A DNA stretch of 39,807 bases from NCBI RefSeq assembly GCF_001194135.2, contig NC_068988.1:91217924-91257730 (forward strand), read 5' to 3'. Numbering within the stretch: the first letter of the stretch is position 1; each line of letters begins with the position of its first letter. The position numbers and the translations under genes were made by a program. The stretch comes from Octopus bimaculoides (lineage: Eukaryota). The notes beneath the pieces are model-generated. The model saw nothing but the letters and a program-made list of their open reading frames with translations, ran no database searches and was not told the origin of the DNA. Positions 34,476 to 39,807 of the stretch are shown here, piece after piece.

Positions 34476-35010
34476 TTTGGTTCACTGATTGTTTTTTTTT
34501 TCAAACTTTTTTTCTAAAGTATGGAATTAATTATTCTAGTCAACTATGATGAAATTGAAATTTTGATTTGAATGTAGACGTCTTATCTTGTAAGATACGT
34601 GGTCTTTACAGGTAAGGCTTTGGTGGCTAAGAAATCTATTTCCCAACCACATTGTTTCTGGTTCGGCTTCAGTGCGAGACATTTTTGATCAGTGTTTTTT
34701 AGTCATGCATACGATGAGCATTTAGCTAAGGTAAATCACCTTTGGCCCTGACTACAATGACCTGAGGGTTTGGCGTTCTAATTTCTATTTATGTCAGTAG
34801 CGGCTCTACCTTCCATCTGCCCGTTGTGAATGACAATAATTCCTAGTTCTTATTGTTATGTGACGTTAAGTCAGCCATGATCAAACAGACCAATCTACTG
34901 GTCAGCCTTTCAGTATGTATGTCATACATTTATTTAACTGAGGCCTATACAGCACATTCTGGTATCTCGTTCGATCAAACATATTGTTCTCTCTCTTGTC
35001 TCTTTCTTAG

Positions 35011-35077
35011 TGATGGCCATAGCGAAGACGTACAAAATAAACTCAGTCTGAATATGCCAATGACTGTTCCTCTGCAG
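35011..35077 (+). CDS. Candidate coding exon DGHSEDVQNKLSLNMPMTVPLQ (phase 2-0), product unknown
   Basis: Strong acceptor ttctctctcttgtctctttcttAG, weak donor CAG|GTTTTA, and a GTATGT donor 98 nt upstream at 34913. Confidence 0.28.
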
Positions 35078-35365
35078 GTTTTATTGTTTATAACTGCCAG
35101 TAATATTCTGTGGTTGTATCATTGCAGATGTTGTGGCTGTAATCAATAATCAAAAGCTCTACAAAGTTACAAGACCTGCTGAGAATAGTAGTCAACTTTC
35201 TTTCACATCATACTCTACTAACTTAAAAAGGAAGAATACGTTATTTTACATAATGCAGTTCCTGGATTCAGTATGATTGAAAAAAATGGAATGGCCGTTG
35301 CCGGAAAGCTTTCAGTCATGGATATGCTGGATTAGGGCTGATCTCAGGTTAAATAGCTTAATAGG

Positions 35366-35475
35366 TTTGCTATAGACAGGACAGAATAAGCTGTGAGCAA
35401 CTAAATATATTTGCTATAGATACGACAGAATAAACCGTTAGTGACTAAAAGTATTGTTATAGACACGATAGGTTA
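35366..35475. repeat. Degenerate tandem repeat of about 44 bp (about 2.5 units; remnants near 35605-35645 and 35883-35920)
   Basis: tttgctataga.a.gacagaataa.c.gt.ag..actaaa..ta recurs at 35366, 35410 and about 35454. Confidence 0.7.
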
Positions 35476-35657
35476 AATCTTTGGTTAAGTAGTAGTATAT
35501 ATTTTTAAATAATGTCACGGCAGACCAGGACATTATTTATTGGGTTTGTTAGTGAATTTGTTAATTAGTTAGTTAGTTAGTTAGGTAGGTAGGTAGGTAG
35601 GTAGGTAAAAACTAAGTATTTTAGCCAGAAGCACGACAGAACAGAATATTGGTCATA

Positions 35658-35872
35658 CAAGGAGGTGCTGAAAAGTTCCTAGCTTTTAGTAAAAGAAAAC
35701 AGAGGAGGATCAGTTAATAATGATTTTATTCAACATATTCCCCTCTCAGATTCACACAATTATTGAGGCGGTCCTTCATTTTTCTAAGCCCTGCAAAAGA
35801 ACTCAGAGGGTTGGGCCTCCAACCAGGTCTTTCGCAAGACCCTTGAAGCCAGGAAATTTTCAGCACCCATCG
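35658..35872. mobile_element. Mariner-derived MITE (215 bp)
   Basis: TIRs caaggaggtgctgaaaagttcctagctt and reverse complement cgatgggtgctgaaaatttcctggctt; TA on both flanks. Confidence 0.88.
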
Positions 35873-36280
35873 TAGTGAGTAACTAACTAAATATATTTGC
35901 CTACGACAAAACCGTTAATTATTTAGTAAATAAATACATTTGCAATAAACACGTCAAAACCTACAATTAATGAGTTACAAACTAATGATAAATATAGAGA
36001 AAATATTTATTATTTTGAGAGAACAATTTTTGCTAACGTATTCGTTACAGACTTTCGATAAATTTTATCTCCATAATAAAACTACCTGCGATGTACTGTT
36101 TTGTGATGTTTATAACATGACGGGCTTATTACATCTTTCGAGTGTTTATTTTCACTACATTTCGTTGACTTCTATTCCTGGTCGTTTTACTGTCTTATTT
36201 CTGGATATTTTCGAATCCAATATGGTTAAAATTTAATCTTCATTCTAGTCCACTCTAACGCTATGTTAGTATTTATGCAG

Positions 36281-36490
36281 GAGAACAAGACAAGATGACG
36301 ACCGGAGATCGATCAGATGGAAATGTAATGTACATGATGTATATTGTGAAGATACACTTAAGCCCGTCTTTGTCTGGGCAACGCATTTTCAAAAGTGTTT
36401 TATTTTTTTCCTAAACGTCCATGCATTTAGTTAGCCCTTGTTTCATACGTCCCAAGTAATATGCAATAAAGATTTTCTTTCATAAGTCCC
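36281..36490 (+). other. Candidate terminal exon (ENKTR* + 3' UTR + AATAAA)
   Basis: Acceptor tatttatgcAG at 36280; phase-0 frame ENKTR-stop is compatible with the 35011-35077 exon; AATAAA at 36465-36470. Confidence 0.22.
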
Positions 36491-37164
36491 AAGTTACTCA
36501 AATGTTTGGAAAAAGTTGGAAATGTGTACCGCATAGAATGCGTGGCCGCCAGGGAAATATGTCATGTGTATTACGTTTTGTACAGAAGAGGCATTGGTTT
36601 AAAGATGTGGTCAAATAGTTTGAAAATTATATTTTATCTTAAGCTTCCTATAAAGCGGTTCCTTAACTTTCTGTAACACATGCTAAATTTCTTTTCACTC
36701 TGAAATCTTTTGTTAAAATTTCAGTCAAAACTTTTATGAATTTTTTATTTTTCTTAAATTTTTGTGAAATTTTTCGTCATAATTCTATTAAAAACAGTAA
36801 ATCTTTCTCTCTTTGTTTCTGAACATTAATTTACTTTCTTAATAATGACAATTTAACTTCCTGATTATAGGTAAGTTCCATCAGACGAAACTCCGACAAA
36901 TACTAAAATAATATCAATAATATTTAATAAACCACTAGTGACTTTTGTATAGGAAGAGGTAACTCAGCTTTCGGCAAGACAGGCGTGTTACACAGTTTCC
37001 ATCCCATCTCATTCGTCGCTATCACCCTTGGGAAATGTATAACCACTCTCTTATTATAGTCAATTTTTTTTTCTTTACGAAAATATTAGAACTATTCTAT
37101 TCAAAGACAAATCAAAATTTAATAAACCCTTATATATATATCAAACGAAGAAGAAAAAAAGAAA

Positions 37165-37430
37165 TGCTTTTTCACTTCTTTCCCGCCTGCACAAAACATG
37201 GCGTCTGACTTACCGAGGACGGTGATGTATAATTACACAGTGGACACAGTCGGACCGGAAACTGTACTGTTAGCAAAATGGTGGGGGATAATTGGACGCA
37301 GATATTTTTGCTTATGGATTTCCTTGCCAAACTCTGTCGTCGGTGTGTGCGTGAGCGCGCTTGCGCGCGTGTGTGTATGTAATACAGAGGGAGTGAGAGA
37401 GAGAGAGAAAGAAAAAAGATGGCGGTATAT
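37165..37430. promoter_or_regulatory. CpG-rich promoter-like region with YY1/ETS-type motifs and a probable first-exon boundary
   Basis: AACATGGCG 37195-37203, AAGATGGCGG 37416-37425, ACCGGAAAC 37254-37262, GCGCGC-TT-GCGCGC 37355-37368, minus-strand donor G|GTAAGT at 37213-37208. Confidence 0.5.
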
Positions 37431-38117
37431 GTATATGATTATTTATATGTATGCGAACGCGCTTATGTGTGTGGTAATAATGACGTCTTTCGGTGTGTCT
37501 GTGCGTGTATGTGTACGTCTGCGTGAGTATGCCTGTATGTATGTGTGCGTTCACGCCTTGTGTGTAGTGTGTGTGCGTAAAAAAGTATATTCTATGAAAG
37601 TATATGTATATGTTGTTGGCTGTATTCTTACATAAGAGTGTTACATTAAATTTTTCTGTTCTGTTAAGAATTACATAAAATATTTTCTCTATGACCAATC
37701 GATTTCATTGCTTTTATATATTGTTGTTGTTGTAGTTTCTACACACATGAACTAGTTATTCTGACATAACCTTCACCAAATACATGTATGTCTGTATGTA
37801 GGTATGTGGGTGTATGCGTGTGTGCGTGCGCGGGCGTGTTTGTGTATGTGCATGAGCGCTCGCGCGCCTGTGTGTCAGTATAGTATGTATGTATATATAT
37901 ATAAAAAACAAATAATAAATGAGTATATGCATATATACGTACAGGTATGTGCATACCTACGTCTACCTGTATATATATAGGTGCATATCTGGGTACAGGA
38001 CATTGCAAACAAAACGTAGACAAGAAAATAATAATAACCAGAGTACAGAAAACACACAAGCCACATAGAGAACATTTTCCTTCATCAGCTACCCCCGTTT
38101 TAACACCGGCGCTTCGC

Positions 38118-38147
<30 letters not shown>

Positions 38148-38151
<4 letters not shown>

Positions 38152-38426
38152 AATAAAAAGTTTTGAGTGGTACAACAATGCTCTATAATACAAACAATGG
38201 GTTATACACCTGTTGTAATTTAGTCATCCATAGTCTGATGTGATATTTCGGAATAATATTCCTTCTTCAGATATTCTTAGATTGAGTCGCTTAATGAGGC
38301 TACTATAACCTCTAATTGAATTGATTATATTATATATATTGTATTGATTATATATATAATAAAACGAATAGTTTATACTTGATAGCTTACTGGTAAAGCA
38401 CTATCATTTTCACATTAACAAAACAT

Positions 38427-38506
<80 letters not shown>

Positions 38507-38678
38507 ATGGCACATATATTTATTATCCGATTATAGCAGCGACTCCATCTAAGAATATCTGAAGAAGGAATATCATTCCGAAATATCATATCAGACTATG
38601 GATGGCTAAATTACAACAGGTATATAGCCCATTGTTTGTATTATAATGCATTGTACCATTCAGAATTTTTCATTCTTT
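38148..38678. repeat. Imperfect inverted repeat of about 140 bp (38148-38291 / 38538-38678) enclosing a segment duplicated at 39304-39445
   Basis: ataatacaaacaatggg.tata.acctgttgtaatttag.catccatagtctgat.tgatatttcggaat.atattccttcttcagatattcttagat.gagtcgct and its reverse complement. Confidence 0.88.
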
Positions 38679-39445
38679 CAAAACAATACACAATGCTTCA
38701 AGCGAACTACAATACTCTCATATATATATATATATATATTAATGAATATCAGGAGAACGGAGATTTGCACATCCAAGTTTTATTATACAGTTATTAACAT
38801 AGTTCTTCGCTTAGACCTACGCGCGTTTCCGCTGCAGGCCACTGCACACTGTTAGCTGTGCATTTTGATGTTGATTATCGGTGCAACTTCATCAGAGTCG
38901 TCTCTTACTGCTGTTCAGATATCATCTGAGGAGACTATGAGATTGACCAAAATTATTCCCTTATGAGGTATTAGCGTTACTATAAACTAAAGTTCACGAG
39001 ATATATGACAATTCATAAGGTACCTCATATATCTTTTCTACCCCCTCTCATGAGATTTTGCCTAATACAATGATTTAATTATTGTAATTTCATCTTTTAG
39101 GCTAAATTGAAACATTTGTAAGAGAATGTGTTGAATTTTGGCAGATAATAAATTATAATGATGCTACATCTCCATTTTCTAAATTTTCTTTTGAATATTT
39201 ATAAACTAGGATTTATATTTAGACTTATTACGTTATGAATATCATTATTCACACAAAAAATACTAGGCAATGAACCAGTAATTCATTGGATATTACTATT
39301 CCTTGATGAGGCTACTTTAACCTCTAATTGAATTGATTATATATATATGTAATAAAACGAATAGTTTATATCTGGTAGCTAACTGGTAAAGCTCGATCAT
39401 TTTCACATTAACTAAATATGTGTGTGTGCATGGTACATATATTTG

Positions 39446-39545
39446 TGGTTTGGTATCACTGCGTGGTACTTGGGTCAAGAGTTCTTTCTACTATAACATT
39501 GCGTTGAATGAATCCTTCTTAAGTAAAATTTGGTAGATAGTATAC
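39446..39545 (+). mobile_element. Highly degenerate SINE family A head remnant (similar remnant at 34615-34700)
   Basis: cactgcgtggtacttgggtcaagagttctttctactataac...aaatttggtaga. Confidence 0.55.
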
Positions 39546-39554
39546 ATTCGTCGT

Positions 39555-39599
<45 letters not shown>

Positions 39600-39732
39600 C
39601 ACGCACATAAACAGAAACACATACGCATTCTTTTCTTTATTTTTTTTTTCTTTAACTTCAGTCACAAGAGTTTTCTGTTCGATTATCGAAGTTTATCGAA
39701 ACGCTGTTATGGGACATAAGCATTACATGCCG

Positions 39733-39807
<75 letters not shown>

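Noticed and set aside
37198-37635. 145-aa unspliced ORF MASDLPRT...
   Set aside because: The distal half is microsatellite-derived. At most the first codons could be a real first exon.
38870-38910. Minus-strand CTGATGA-A-GTTG...CAAC hammerhead-like start
   Set aside because: No GAAA after the putative helix II.

Overview
AT-rich, microsatellite-dense animal DNA from a gapped short-read assembly (many N runs, most bordered by simple repeats). The SINE families look like octopus/coleoid cephalopod repeats; this is recognition from memory, not a database search. No complete protein-coding gene can be supported, and the long ORFs in the track are microsatellite or N artefacts. Best-supported features: an intact tRNA-Arg(UCG) gene (32955-33027, minus) and many transposon remnants. 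These include Tc1, mariner, maT-like and DUF4817-type DDD/E elements, a Ty3/Gypsy gag-protease relic, RLE-type and RTE LINE fragments, Penelope-like fragments, a hAT MITE, a mariner MITE and several tRNA-derived SINE families. The most interesting signal is three long foldback elements with GG...CC termini and 8-bp target-site duplications; two carry telomeric TTAGGG-type cores. Also notable: minimal hammerhead-ribozyme-like motifs (two in tandem), a perfect 54-bp inverted repeat sharing a hairpin+GGGCTAAA module with a pseudoknot-capable element, a three-level SINE/hAT/SINE nest, promoter-like CpG patches, and a few candidate exons.
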